Assembly (NCBI GenBank): GCA_002269645.1
Contig: NIVC01002693.1
Coordinates: 62,001 to 126,000, forward strand
DNA from: Macrostomum lignano
Taxonomy: Eukaryota
Length of the DNA: 64,000 nt
Direction of reading: 5' to 3'
Of the stretch, positions 51,039-64,000 are shown in pieces (position 1 is the stretch's first letter; each line of letters begins with the position of its first letter). The position numbers and the translations under genes are program-made. The notes below the pieces were generated by a model that saw only the letters and a program-made list of their open reading frames with translations, had not been told where the DNA came from and made no database searches.

Positions 51039-52493
51039 ATCCTGATCTTCAATCCTGATCCCCAATCCTGATCCCCAATCCTGATCCCCAATCCTGATCC
51101 CCAATCCTGATCCCCAATCCTGATCCCAATCCTGATCCCCAATCCTCATCCTCAATCCTGATCCCCAATCCTGATCTCCAATCCTGATCTCCAATCCTGA
51201 TCCTCAATCCTGATCTTCAATCCTGATCCCCAATCCTGATCCCCAATCCTGATCCCCAATCCTGATCCCCAATCCTGATCCCCAATCCTGATCCCCAATC
51301 CTGATCCCCAATCCTGATCCCCAATCCTGATCCCCAATCCTGATCCCCAATCCTGATCCCCAATCCTGATCCCCAATCCTGATCCCCAATCCTGATCTTC
51401 AATCCTGATCCCCAATCCTGATCCCCAATCCTGATCCCCAATCCTGATCCTCAATCCTGATCCCTAATTCCGATTCCTGATTCTGACCGTAGGGACTATT
51501 CATTACTTTTTTACTTTAGAGAGTCAAGTACATGAAAAATGTACTGTAAGGGCCTTAGTTGTGATCTAACAGACAACCTGCATTCCCGACCTGCAGCCCC
51601 TTGCCCCTTATCTAACGCACCCACCATTAGACAGCCAGCACACTTCTCTACAGCAAGAATAGCAAGCAGCGTTTTCGACATTTTTTCAAATATGAAAACA
51701 CGAGTCTTACCGAATCGCTTGTACAAAATTAAAACTGTGCAACTGTGCTTTAAAACTGTGCATTGCTGTCATTTCAATTGACCATTCAGTTCAATGCCTT
51801 TGGGGTCCCCGCCTTCCCCAGCACTCCGTCTCCGAGCTCGATTCCACCTCTGTGAGGTTGGGGTCTGAGCTGCCTAGCAACAGCATAGGGGGCCAGAGCT
51901 GTCTCTATGCTCAAGACCGTATGAGTGCAGTGGCAGCCCTTTACCTGTCCCAGCATCTGAAAACAGTTCGGCTCAATTCAATACAGTAGCTTCATCAGGC
52001 TGGGTGCACAGAGGCAGGCATGGATGCTGAGCTCGCTATTGTTCTCCATCTGCTTGCAGCCCTCTCTGTCTGCCTTCTTTTCTGCCTTTCTTCGTTTCGA
52101 GCTTCTCTTTAAGAGATGCAGAAGGGGCCTCTTGGAGCGCCTCAGCTCACATCGGCCTCAGGCAGACTCGAGAATTTTCTTAGACTGCATTGGCTTTTTG
52201 GAGCAGAGAAGCTACAGAAGCTACAGGCATAACTTTACTGTTTTGCTTCTGAATCCTCACAGCACAGTTCACAAAGAGTAACCGGTGAGTGCCTGTCTGA
52301 GTGTCTGTCTGTCTGTCTGCCTGTCTGTCTGTCTGTCTGTTTTGGTGTCTAACCGCTTGTATGTCTGTCTGTCTGTCTGTTTTGGTGTCTGACAGCTAGC
52401 ATGTCTGTCTGTCTGTCTGTCTGTCTGTTTTGGTGTCTGACCGCTAGCATGTCTGTCTGTCTGTCTGTCTGTTTTGGTGTCTGACCGCTAGCA

Positions 52494-52530
<37 letters not shown>

Positions 52531-52709
52531 GAGTGTCTGTTTCGGTGTCTGACCGCTTGCATGTCTGTCTGTCTGTCTGTCTTCCTGTCTGAGTGTCTGT
52601 TTCGGTGTCCGACCGCTTGCATGTCTGTCTGTCTTAGTGTCTGTTTCGGTGTCCGACCGCTTGCATGTCTGTCTGTCTGAGTGTCTGTTTCGGTGTCTGA
52701 CCGCTAGCA

Positions 52710-52888
<179 letters not shown>

Positions 52889-52979
52889 GTGTCTGTCTGT
52901 CTGTCTGTCTGTCTGTCGGTCTGTCTTCCTGCCTTAGTGTCTGTTTCGGTGTCTGACCGCTAGCATGTCTGTCTGTCTT

Positions 52980-53064
<85 letters not shown>

Positions 53065-53249
53065 GTGTCTATATGTCTGCTGTCGTAGTGTCTGTGTGTC
53101 TGTCTGTCTGTCTGTTGTACACCACCGTCATTTTAAGTCCCTCCTCCATTCTCAGACGCATCTCAAACTCAGCGCAGCACATCAGCTCTGTCAGCACCTC
53201 GGCAGCGACTCAGCCGCCCTTGAGCAGCCGAAGGCACTCGAGCAGCTCC

Positions 53250-56200
53250 ATGGCTGAGGTGAGTACTAAGCAGCTGGCTGTCTATTGTGTTTGCCGTGCT
53301 GTTTTTTTTTACGTAAACTCAGCATTATTGTCATTATTAAATACACGGTTTCTCGTAGTGATCAGGTAATCTGAATCCATTTTTAGATCAAATAACTAAG
53401 CAGTTTTTTCTTAGGATTTGTACTTATACTTGGGTCCACCATCTGCAATATTACGAAATATAATTTTTGCATCTTTGGCTGAGAATCACCGCAGTTTCTG
53501 CTTTTTGTGTTATGCGCGATGTACTCAACAGCTGCCGCGAAGTTGACAATGACAAGAATTTTAGTATCGCTTTGAGACGTCTCGGAGTCGCAGCATTTCA
53601 GACCTGCATGATCCGCAAGGGCGATCACATGACATCATATGTCAACCATTCGGCTGTTGCCTGAGCGACTTGCAAGAAGTGTTGAAAAGTTCAGCATGTC
53701 ACACCAGCGTATGAACGCGCTAAGACTGGATGCGTTTAGTCATTTTTGACTCACCTGTGTTCTTGGTAACTTGGTTACGAGCTCGTAATATCATTAAGCT
53801 GTTTCTCTGTACATTATGCACCCACTACCCCATTGACTGGTAATAAGTATATTTTATTGCGTTTATCCAAAATAAATAAATGATTGTCGATATAAAGTAC
53901 AATTATTGCGTTGCTTATTTATTCAAGCTTTCCTGAAGTCCTGTTCTTGCAACGCGACTTTCCTTCCTGCACTCGAGCGAGATATTTAAAAGGTTATGGG
54001 ACTCTGATGGCATCCAGCATCAAGGATGTCAGGTCAGCATGAAAGCCAATATTTCATCAAGTCGCACTGCTTGCTGATTTAACATCTCGAAGTGTCTGAG
54101 GCTGAGCTGGGTGGCAGAAGGTCTTTGACTTTTTTATTAAGTAGAAGCTGTGGAAGCAAAGTACAAGCGCAATAACCAAAGGAATGAGGCACCATTGGCG
54201 AGCATCATTCGTTAGCGCCTCATCACTAGTTGAGAACAGTTGTTGTTGTTGTTGTTGAGAATAGCAGGGTGAGACCGTCGACGCAGCCGAAGACACCGTG
54301 TCAGTTCTGCGATGCGATAGAGTTCCATGTTAATGACCTGCTTGTCTAGAAAGTAGAAATTCTTCACCTATCTTGCAGGCAGCAACACTGACTTCATTAG
54401 CTATCCGAGCAAGTTTGTCAAATTCGAGGTCTTGGCGATTTCATCCTTCAAATATTTCTACTTTCTGTTTTGCAATACAGACTCGTACTTATCAGTTAGC
54501 TGGCTCCCTTCGTCTACCACGCTTTTCCCACAGACTAGCATAACCGTTAATTTGCCACAGACATTTCAGCTACCCTGTTCGCTATGTTAGTATAAATACA
54601 AGTTCAACTCGCGGCCTCGGCCCTTCACCTCTGCTTCTCTTCTACTGATTCCTTCCCCGCTAACCGCTCGTTCAATGTAGTTTATTGTCAACTTCCACAA
54701 GTTGGTAGCAGAGCGTGGTTCCTTTCTCTTCCTCGAGTAATCGATTCGACAAATTGGTAGCAGAGCGTCCGGATTACCATGGTTATCACGATATCAACAA
54801 CTGACCTATCTGGCGACCAGATCAAGCAGTCCAAGAACGACCACAGCACAGCCTCTGCTGAAGCGCCAATCGACGCGGAGCAGCCGCACGTCGAAGCCAG
54901 TGACCCGCCGCCTGCTGCTTCAGCAGCCAGCAGCCGCGACATCTGCTCTTCCCGCTTCTCCTTCCACGACTGCAATCCCTGAAGCAGCTCCAGCTGCCTC
55001 CGTTGATATCAACGCCCTCCTGACCGCTATGACCGCGATGATGCAGCAGAATCAGCTGCTCATACAACAGCTCGCCGCTAATGCCCATCCTGCCCTGACA
55101 TCTGCGTCATCGTCCGCAACCAGCGATAGCGATCCGGCCGCTCTCATCCACTCCACTGTTCTCCAGAAGGTTCGTCTCCCGACATTCGACGGCACCGACC
55201 CCACCGCATTCCCAGGGTTCTGGAACGCCTTCCTCTACCGCGTCGACCAATCCAATCTCAACGACGTCGATAAGTTTGAGGCGCTCCGCGGTCTTCACTC
55301 TGGCCCGGCACTCCGGAAGCTTGGCGCCCTCGACGCTTGCCAGCCCAACGCCTACGCCGAAGCCTGCCGCGTCCTCCAGGCCAACTACGCCGATGCCCAG
55401 GAGCAGAAAAACGCCTTCTTCCAGCTCCTTTTCGCTCTTCACTGCAGCTCCGCCTCCGACTTGGACGAGCTCGAGAATTACACCGACGCCCTCCAACTCG
55501 CTACCGGCCAGCTACTCCGCCTAGGTGAGCTCGCGTGCACCCTCGACAGCCGCGTCTACGCACTCTGGAACCGCCTCCCGCTCGAGCTCCAGACCGAAAT
55601 CCGGAACAACCGCGCCGCCAACGGGCTGCCCCTCGTGCCCACCATGGCCCAGCTCCAGGGCCTCTTTACTGATTACTTGCATGTTGTATCACATTTACAA
55701 TGCGTATTCTCTCGGCTCTTCCAGCTCCAATATCATCGACGCCAACATCCTCCGGTTCGTCTTCGATGTCAAGCTGGATCGGCACAACCAGTGGAACTCC
55801 TCTGTTGATCGCAATGTTGTGCAGCACAAAACAGGCGCTTATTATCAAGCAAAACTTGCTCGGATGGAATCGGAGACTTGCGGAATGACGATTCAGGCAT
55901 TAAAATCGAGACTTTAGAATCCCGAATGAACATTCTATTTTCACCTGAGTTTGTCGCAGCCTCCGGTTGAAGTCGGTCTCTCTTGCATCTCTTGGAGTGT
56001 CGAAAACCTTCATGAGAAATGGTCTCAGAGGATATCCACTATCTCCGACGAGGAATCTTGCCACTAACCCTTCTGATAGAATCTCCTTTAATGCAGAGTT
56101 GTTGAACATGAAAGAATCGTGTGTACTTCTCGGCCAGAGTACTAGAATGTTCGTGAATGACATTGCGACACTGCACACAGCTTGAACAATAATAGAAGAA

Positions 56201-59200
56201 AACGATTTTCTGTTCTCAAAAACATACTCATTGTTAGTTGGACTCTTTATAGCGACATTTGTGCAGTCGATAACACCTATGACATGTGGCAGTTCGGCGA
56301 TCAAATGGAACCCGGCCATGGTCTGATTGATTTCAACGTGGCTCCTAGGAAAACTAACAAAATTGTTCGTAGCGACTGTCAAATAGTCTATGTTCCGATT
56401 TCGGCACAGCCGTTGGCAACAAGGGTGAGGCCAAGCACCACTCGTCACGTAGAGGTTAAAGGACAGCAGGGCGATATCATCGGCCTAGACAAACACACCG
56501 TCTGTCTCTCGCGCATTCTGCTAGTTTCTGCACACACCCCGCCGAAGCAGAGTAGATGTCGTTGATAGGAAGTGTAGATAGCGGCACCACCAAGTTGAGC
56601 AACGGACAAACAGAAATGGTGCTTTCTCATATATCGCGCTTTACCTACAAAGATCATAGATCAAAAAGTCGGAGAGGCTGCAAGGTGATGACACGGCAGC
56701 CCATCAACATGATAGCGGAAAACAACTACTCTGCCACTTTGCAGTCACATAGCACGACACTCACGATCAAACCGAGCGGAAATGTTTCCGCTCTGCCCTT
56801 CGCAATTTACCTATATGTCCTTAAGTTTCACTGCCAATATCATAGGCCTTTAATTAACGTAGACTAATTATAACTATCTGCCTAATCCGATTTCAGAGAC
56901 CTCAGAGTCCCAGCGAGTCCAGCGAATACGAGGCCTCCCAGAGTCTCTACAGTCAGATCAAGCAGGCGGTAGCAGCCGGAGACGAACGGCTCACTGATGA
57001 TCTGCTGTTCCAGGTGTCCGAGAACATCGTCGGACCTGGAGAAGACTTCGCCAAAGGCGTCATATTTGCTGCAGCTCGGGACAGAGACGGACTGCCGGTT
57101 CTTCGATTACTGGAGATGGGGCACGGGGTCGACATATTTCGGCTGGTTGATAGCGATGGCGACTCGGTGACTCACCTGGCAGCAAAGAGTCAGACTGCGG
57201 AGACGATGGAGTTCCTGAAACAGCTGCTGCAGTCAATAGAAGTGGACTGGAACCCATTCGAAGCAAGAGATAGCAGGCAGAAAACAGTGATGCATAGGGC
57301 AGCTGAGAATCTCACAGATCATGGATCGACATTCCAATGGCTGATCTTCGAACTCGAAGCGGACTGTCTCACTGACAGAGATGCAGACAATGACACAGTC
57401 ATCCACACTGCGGCTCAGTTCCAGATGGCGGAATCAATGCAGTTCATCAAAGAGAAGATGAATGGAGTCGAGTGTTTCAAGCTGAGAGGATGGAACAACA
57501 GGACTGCAGTGCACTGTGCTGCTTTCAATGCTGTGAGCAGCTCAGCACTCGAGTGGCTGGTGAACGAGCTCGGACCAGACTGTCTCACTGACAGAGATGC
57601 AAAAAATAGCACAGTCATCCACATTGCGGCTGAGTTCCAGAAGGCGGAATCAATGCAGTTCATCAAACAGAAGATGAATGGAGTCGAGTGTTTCAAGCTG
57701 AGAGGAAGGCGAAACAAGACTGCAGTGCACTGTGCTGCTTTCAATGCTGTGAGCAGCTCAGCACTCGAGTGGCTGGTGAACGAGCTCGGACCAGACTGTC
57801 TCACGGACAGAGATGCAGACAATAGCACAGTCATCCACATTGCGGCTGAGTTTCAGAAGGCGGAATCAATGCAGTTCATCAAACAGAAGATGAATGGAGT
57901 CGAGTGTTTCAAGCTGAGAGGATGGAACAACAGGACTGCAGTGCACTGTGCTGCTTGCAATGATGTGAGCAGCTCAGCACTCGAGTGGCTGGTGAACGAG
58001 CTCGGACCAGACTGTCTCACTGACAGAAATGCAAACAATAGCACAGTCATCCACATTGCGGCTAAGTTCCAGAAGGCGGAATCAATGCAGTTCATCAAAG
58101 AGAAGATGAATGGAGTCGAGTGTTTCAAGCTGAGAGGAGTGAACAACATAACTGCAGTGCACTGTGCTGCTTTCAATGCTGTGAGCAGCTCAGCACTCGA
58201 GTGGCTGGTGAACGAGCTCGGACCAGACTGTCTCACGGACAGAGATGCAAACAATAACACAGTCATCCACATTGCGGCTGAGTTTCAGAAGGCGGAATCA
58301 ATGCAGTTCATCAAAGAGAAGATGAGTGGAGTCGAGTGTTTCAAGCTGAGAGAAAGGCAAAACATGACTGCAATACACTGTGCTGCTTTCAATGCTGTGA
58401 GCAGCTCAGCACTCGAGTGGCTGGTGAACGAGCTCGGACCAGACTGTCTCACTGACAGAGATGCAAACAATAGCACAGTCATCCACATTGCGGCTATGTT
58501 CCAGAAGGCGGAATCAATGCAGTTCATCAAAGAGAAGATGAATGGAGTCGAGTGTTTCAAGCTGAGAGGAGTGAACAACATAACTGCAGTGCACTGTGCT
58601 GCTTTCAATGCTGTGAGCAGCTCAGCACTCGAGTGGCTGGTGAACGAGCTCGGACCAGACTGTCTCACGGACAGAGATGCAGACAATAGCACAGTCATCC
58701 ACATTGCGGCTGAGTTTCAGAAGGCGGAATCAATGCAGTTCATCAAACAGAAGATGAATGGAGTCGAGTGTTTCAAGCTGAGAGGATGGAACAACAGGAC
58801 TGCAGTGCACTGTGCTGCTTGCAATGATGTGAGCAGCTCAGCACTCGAGTGGCTGGTGAACGAGCTCGGACCAGACTGTCTCACTGACAGAAATGCAAAC
58901 AATAGCACAGTCATCCACATTGCGGCTAAGTTCCAGAAGGCGGAATCAATGCAGTTCATCAAAGAGAAGATGAATGGAGTCGAGTGTTTCAAGCTGAGAG
59001 GAGTGAACAACATAACTGCAGTGCACTGTGCTGCTTTCAATGCTGTGAGCAGCTCAGCACTCGAGTGGCTGGTGAACGAGCTCGGACCAGACTGTCTCAC
59101 GGACAGAGATGCAAACAATAACACAGTCATCCACATTGCGGCTGAGTTCAGAAGGCGGAATCAATGCAGTTCATCAAAGAGAAGATGAGTGGAGTCGAGT

Positions 59201-59841
59201 GTTTCAAGCTGAGAGAAAGGCAAAACATGACTGCAATACACTGTGCTGCTTTCAATGCTGTGAGCAGCTCAGCACTCGAGTGGCTGGTGAACGAGCTCGG
59301 ACCAGACTGTCTCACTGACAGAGATGCAAACAATAGCACAGTCATCCACATTGCGGCTAAGTTCCAGAAGGCGGAATCAATGCAGTTCATCAAAGAGAAG
59401 ATGAATGGAGTCGAGTGTTTCAAGCTGAGAGGAGTGAACAACATAACTGCAGTGCACTGTGCTGCTTTCAATGCTGTGAGCAGCTCAGCACTCGAGTGGC
59501 TGGTGAACGAGCTCGGACCAGACTGTCTCACTGACAGAGATGCAAACAATAACACAGTCATCCACATTGCGGCTGAGTTCCAGAAGGCGGAATCAATGCA
59601 GTTCATCAAAGAGAAGATGAATGGAGTCGAGTGTTTCAAGCTGAGAGGAATTCTAAACATGACAGCAGTGCACTGTGCTGCTTGCAATAAAGTGAGCAGC
59701 TCAGCACTCGAGTGGCTGGTGAACGAGCTCGGACCAGACTGTCTCACTGATACTGATTGTTCACGTCGGTCTGCTTTATCAATCTGCAAACTACGTCAGA
59801 GCAGGCAAATTTTCGATCGACTGTCAAGATTAGTTCGCTAA
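53250..59841 (+). CDS. Ankyrin-repeat solenoid protein, copy B; join(53250..53258,56897..59841), 11 x 72-aa units, 1-bp deletion at ~59147 (~984 aa if repaired)
   Basis: Same donor and acceptor as copy A. ORFs 57014-59188 and 59164-59841 differ in frame. 57374 to 59749 = 11 x 216 - 1. Confidence 0.75.
54703..54720 (+). promoter_or_regulatory. Primer-binding site (tRNA-iMet-type), partial second copy at 54755-54768
   Basis: TGGTAGCAGAGCGTGGTT, as at 13266. Confidence 0.65.
54779..55680 (+). pseudogene. BEL/Pao gag relic, copy B, frameshifted by a 7-bp duplication near 54925
   Basis: GCTTCAGCAGCCAGCAGCCGCGAC versus GCTTCAGCAGCCGCGAC in copy A; ORFs 54779-54982 and 54900-55808. Confidence 0.8.
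55680..56660 (-). pseudogene. PIF/Harbinger transposase relic, copy B
   Basis: ORF 55900-56448: [33 protein letters not shown]. Confidence 0.85.
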
Positions 59842-62039
59842 AACTGCTTTTTGCGCACTTACAACTGTTTTTATGTTAATAGTGCATATTTTAGGCTATT
59901 GGGAAGGCAACACGCGTTTTTTTGTTGGTGATCTTTTTTAATTCCATTGTTACGCTCACATACCGAGGAATATGCACGGATTGGTCCGTTTATTTTCCCG
60001 TAATCAGCCCACTTATTTGACGGATGATGATAACTTATGAGTAGTCCAAATAGATTCGTTGACATTCATGGATTCAACGGTAAGGTACAAGTAAGAGAAC
60101 TTCAACAGGTATTATCCGGTTGAACCGCCAAGCGAATTCAGCTGGTATAATTTATTGCTGAGCATGGCTTCTCATCAATAGAGGTAGCTCGTAGAAAGCG
60201 AACGTCAGCAAGTTCTGTGCGAGTGCTGGCTGACGTTTCTGTGTATTTCTGTGGTTGACACTGCAAAATGCTGCTAAATAGGACTTTCAAATGCGGATTT
60301 TTCGTTGGCACTGGGAGTCCTATTTGGTTTTTCACCAGAATCTACTACTAAATAATGGTTGCGGAGTAGATATACGAGAACTAGTACGTGCGGTCGAATT
60401 CTATTAGTTTCTCTTATACTGATTCAATATGCACGCATATGAGTATTTCTCACCTTTTACCTTTGCTTTGACTGTTTATTATCTTACAAACTTTTGAAGA
60501 CTTATTTGATAATATCTCAGACGCTGTTGTAGTGTGAAGTAGTACCGAAGCCATGAATTTTTTTAAAGACTTTGTTTCGTTAGACCTCCCAATATTTTAT
60601 CTGTTTCATAAATGATCGCAGTAATAAATTTTGGTAACACAGATTTATTTAATCAGTTTTGTGCGTCGCTAAATGCTAAGTTGTTTATTTTTCGTTGACT
60701 GATTGCTGTCTGTTCGTAAAACTCATGCTCTTATTTACAGTGGCTTCAGACACTGGGTGTCTGACACTGAGTGCGCGCAACTCACTACTAACATGACCCA
60801 CCTAGGCATGTCAATTAAGACGCGTTTAGACTGCCATGAAAAGTGAAAAGTGCCACCAAACCATGAGACTTATGCACGGACAGAGAAACAAGAAAATATT
60901 TAAAAGACGTGGAATCTGCACTCAAAAGCGATGTTAATCTAGTGGCAGTGTGAACGAATCTTTTGACTAAAATATTAAACCTCCGTTTGTTTTACCCAGG
61001 CTTACGCATGCTTATTCAGATTTTTGTGACTATTTATTAATCAATTTTATGCCCCAATTTGTTTTACTTTGTGTAGCGATCTCTTATTTGCACGCCTTGA
61101 TGGTGCCACGATCCCGAACTCTCATCGCACCCCAGCCAATCGCGGCTGCACTCGTGTGATGACGTCACTGGTTGCTTAAGCAGCGGAATTCAAGGTCTGT
61201 TCAGCGGTCACGTGATGCATGCTCTTGGATAAGCTTCCCCACCCTCCAATCCCAGTCTTGCTTGCCCGCCTTTCGAGGCGTCAATGGGAATCTGCAATGC
61301 AGCTTCATCGCTACCATGCACTTGCACTTGCCCTTTCCGACCATTTCCAGTAGGCTGACCTCCCCGATTCCTTTTACTGGCCAAAATTGTCGCCAGCTTC
61401 GGCTGGGCCAGCGGCACCGACTGCTCCGTGAACTGCGACCGACCGGACCCGCTGCTGCCAGCGACCTCACGGCCTCCCTTAGTGTCAGCGACTGCCTGTT
61501 TTTGCTCTTGTAGACTGGTATGCTCAGATGTGAGCTGGTTTGCTGATCCATTTTTATTTCCTGATCGATTTTTACCTACAATGAATTAAAGTACATATCG
61601 TACAAAACTCAACGCTATCAACGATTTGGCGATGACTTTGGAACTGAAAATTATTTCAGCCTATTTTTGTTTTATTTAAGTTGATTGACACGTCAGAATG
61701 GCAGCTGCAAAAGTAGGAGCAGAAGGAGCGGACTGCATGGACTCATACTGGAGTCAGGAGCGACACGCTCTGTCGTCGGTCAAATCCTCAGACTAAATCG
61801 AGTCCAAAGTGTAATGATTCGAGAACGAAGTCTTGATTCGCTATGCACTGGGAATTGGCTCCCGAGTGGCAGACAGGAATAAGAGATGTAAACCAGACCG
61901 TATCGTCTAGCTTTGCCATATATTTGTGGGCTCCTGGGCCCCAACATAGCCAGGTGCGCTGTGGCACGATGCATGGAACACGCGTACGAATGGTGTATAC
62001 GTAGCATGGGGGAAGTGTCCAGAAGGGGTGACTCCGGTG

Positions 62040-62617
62040 AGTCAGTGAGGGGAACAAACAGAGTGCAAACAAGCATAGTCAGTGGGAGCGGCAGACCATA
62101 TGGCCAGGGCTGCGGAGCGATCCCCAGCCCAGGCCATCACACAAAGTTCGGCCAGCAGCTCTCCAATCTTGCGATTGTAGTCAAGCTAGCCAAGGACGTC
62201 AGTCAGGAGACCATCAGTGCGTCCAGTAGTCGCGGGGAGTTTTTCCTTGATCAGCTTTTGCAGGATGACCAATTTAGCCGCGATCCACTGACCAGCAGAG
62301 ATACTGGACAGCTTCGGCTCCTGCTTTCTGAATACGAGGGAGCCTGCATAGGAACACCCACCCCTTATGCAGAACTTCTCCTCAGAATGTGTGTCGGTAA
62401 AGCAAAGTTGGCGGGCAGCGGCGGCGTTCTCAATACCGGCGAAGAATTGTGACGCAGTTTTTCCTGCGCTTCTCTGCCGGCCAGGTTCAGCGCCAGGCGC
62501 CTCTTGCGCCCCCGCCAGTGTCCGAACGGCTGCTGTGATTGACCGGACGGCGTTGTCAACTGCAGCCTGTATCCGCTCGTACGAAAGATGCGCAAAGGAT
62601 TCTTTGGCTGCGGGCCG
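62040..62617 (-). pseudogene. DIRS-like gag relic, second full copy
   Basis: Matches 25-602 (offset 62015), including the TAG before LDYNRKIGELL. Confidence 0.5.
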
Positions 62618-63303
62618 TCAGTTTCTCCGAGAACGCTCGAGAGACAGGTAGAGAGAGGGGGAGAGTGATAGAGGAAGGGAGGGAGAGAGAGAGTTAGAGA
62701 GGAGGAGAGAGAAGTAGATAGGTAGACAGATGTAGAGCGAGATCGCAAAAAGGATGGGACTTTAGTTGAACTCAAAGGTTTTGTGCAGGCTATTTTCTGT
62801 GTGCCGTTTAAACAGTTTTTTCTGCAAGCCACGCAGCAGTTTCAATGCACAGCAGCGCGTGCGGATATTGTAAGTTTTAGCATAGATGATTGCTACATTG
62901 TGCTTGGGTTCGTGATGACGCGTGAAGTCACAGCCAAATGTGACCGCCGCCTCCAACATCCGAGCGCCGGTAGATACTCACAGTTTTGATATTCAAAGTG
63001 AGCATGAAAATTTCTGCACTAAAATCGGCTCCATCGTGCAACCCAGTGAGCAACAATTCATACTTTATGCGTACATTCGCATGTACACGAAATACCAACG
63101 GTGTGACTGCACGACTCACCCGTATCATCCAAATCGTTGGATCGGCATTCGGACACATTACTGTTCGACCCCTGCATGACATTTACAGTTCCGGCAAACT
63201 CAGGTTATAACAAAGTCAACCAACTTTTAAAATCGCATTCGAAACTTCCGAAAATGCAGCTACCAGTGTTGTTTCACAGCTTGCTGCTACACCTTTTTGC
63301 GTT
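62358..63303. repeat. Segment A copy 3
   Basis: Matches 343-1287. Confidence 0.95.
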
Positions 63304-63307
63304 CTAT

Positions 63308-64000
63308 TTTGGCAAACTGGCTTTCATCTTCTGCAAACTGGCTTTCATCTTCGGCAAACTGGCTTTCATCTTCGACAAACTGGCTTTCATCTTCGGCAAA
63401 CTGGCTTTCATCTTCGGCAAACTGGCTTTCATCTTCGGCAAACTGGCTTTCATCTTCGGCAAACTGGCTTTCATCTTCGACAAACTGGCTTTCATCTTCG
63501 GCAAACTGGCTTTCATCTTCGGCAAACTGGCTTTCATCTTCGGCAAACTGGCTTTCATCTTCTGCAAACTGGCTTTCATCTTCGGCAAACTGGCTTTCAT
63601 CTTCGGCAAACTGGCTTTCATCTTCGGCAAACTGGCTTTCATCTTCTGCAAACTGGCTTTCATCTTCGGCAAACTGGCTTTCATCTTCGACAAACTGGCT
63701 TTCATCTTCGGCAAACTGGCTTTCATCTTCGGCAAACTGGCTTTCATCTTCGGCAAACTGGCTTTCATCTTCTGCAAACTGGCTTTCATCTTCGGCAAAC
63801 TGGCTTTCATCTTCGGCAAACTGGCTTTCATCTTCGGCAAACTGGCTTTCATCTTCGGCAAACTGGCTTTCATCTTCGGCAAACTGGCTTTCATCTTCGG
63901 CAAACTGGCTTTCATCTTCGGCAAACTGGCTTTCATCTTCGGCAAACTGGCTTTCATCTTCGGCAAACTGGCTTTCATCTTCGGCAAACTGGCTTTCATC
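63308..64000. repeat. 21-bp tandem repeat, at least 32 units, runs off the window end
   Basis: Same unit as 1292-1676, with TCTGC and TCGAC variants. Confidence 0.97.

Overview
Eukaryotic, intron-containing, repeat-rich DNA, probably invertebrate. A flatworm such as Macrostomum is my tentative guess from the LINE families. The window holds about two turns of a ~31-kb mosaic cassette; the marker segment recurs at 343, 31231 and 62358. Each complete cassette carries a plus-strand ankyrin-solenoid gene made of 216-bp (72-aa, two-ANK) units. Copy A has 15 units (exons 11774-11782 + 15436-19245) and copy B has 11 units (53250-53258 + 56897-59841, one frameshift). The ANK scaffold is nearly invariant at DNA level, while substitutions cluster at the beta-hairpin and first-helix positions randomised in engineered DARPins. 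The long intron of both genes holds a BEL/Pao gag relic with a tRNA-iMet-type PBS, abutting an antisense Harbinger transposase relic. Upstream of copy B, a 16.5-kb fold-back element (34493-51038) sits in a 13-bp satellite. It has ~4.4-kb near-identical arms, ACTACT termini, a 6-bp TSD and no recognisable gene. Its centre holds a GC-rich hairpin and a nested 7.6-kb TIR element with a 661-bp tandem array. The rest is decayed LINEs (LOA, RTE), a DIRS-like gag relic, small fold-backs and 13-, 14-, 21-, 24-, 24- and 59-bp satellites. No rRNA, tRNA or CRISPR array was seen. All family assignments come from motif recognition by eye, not database searches.
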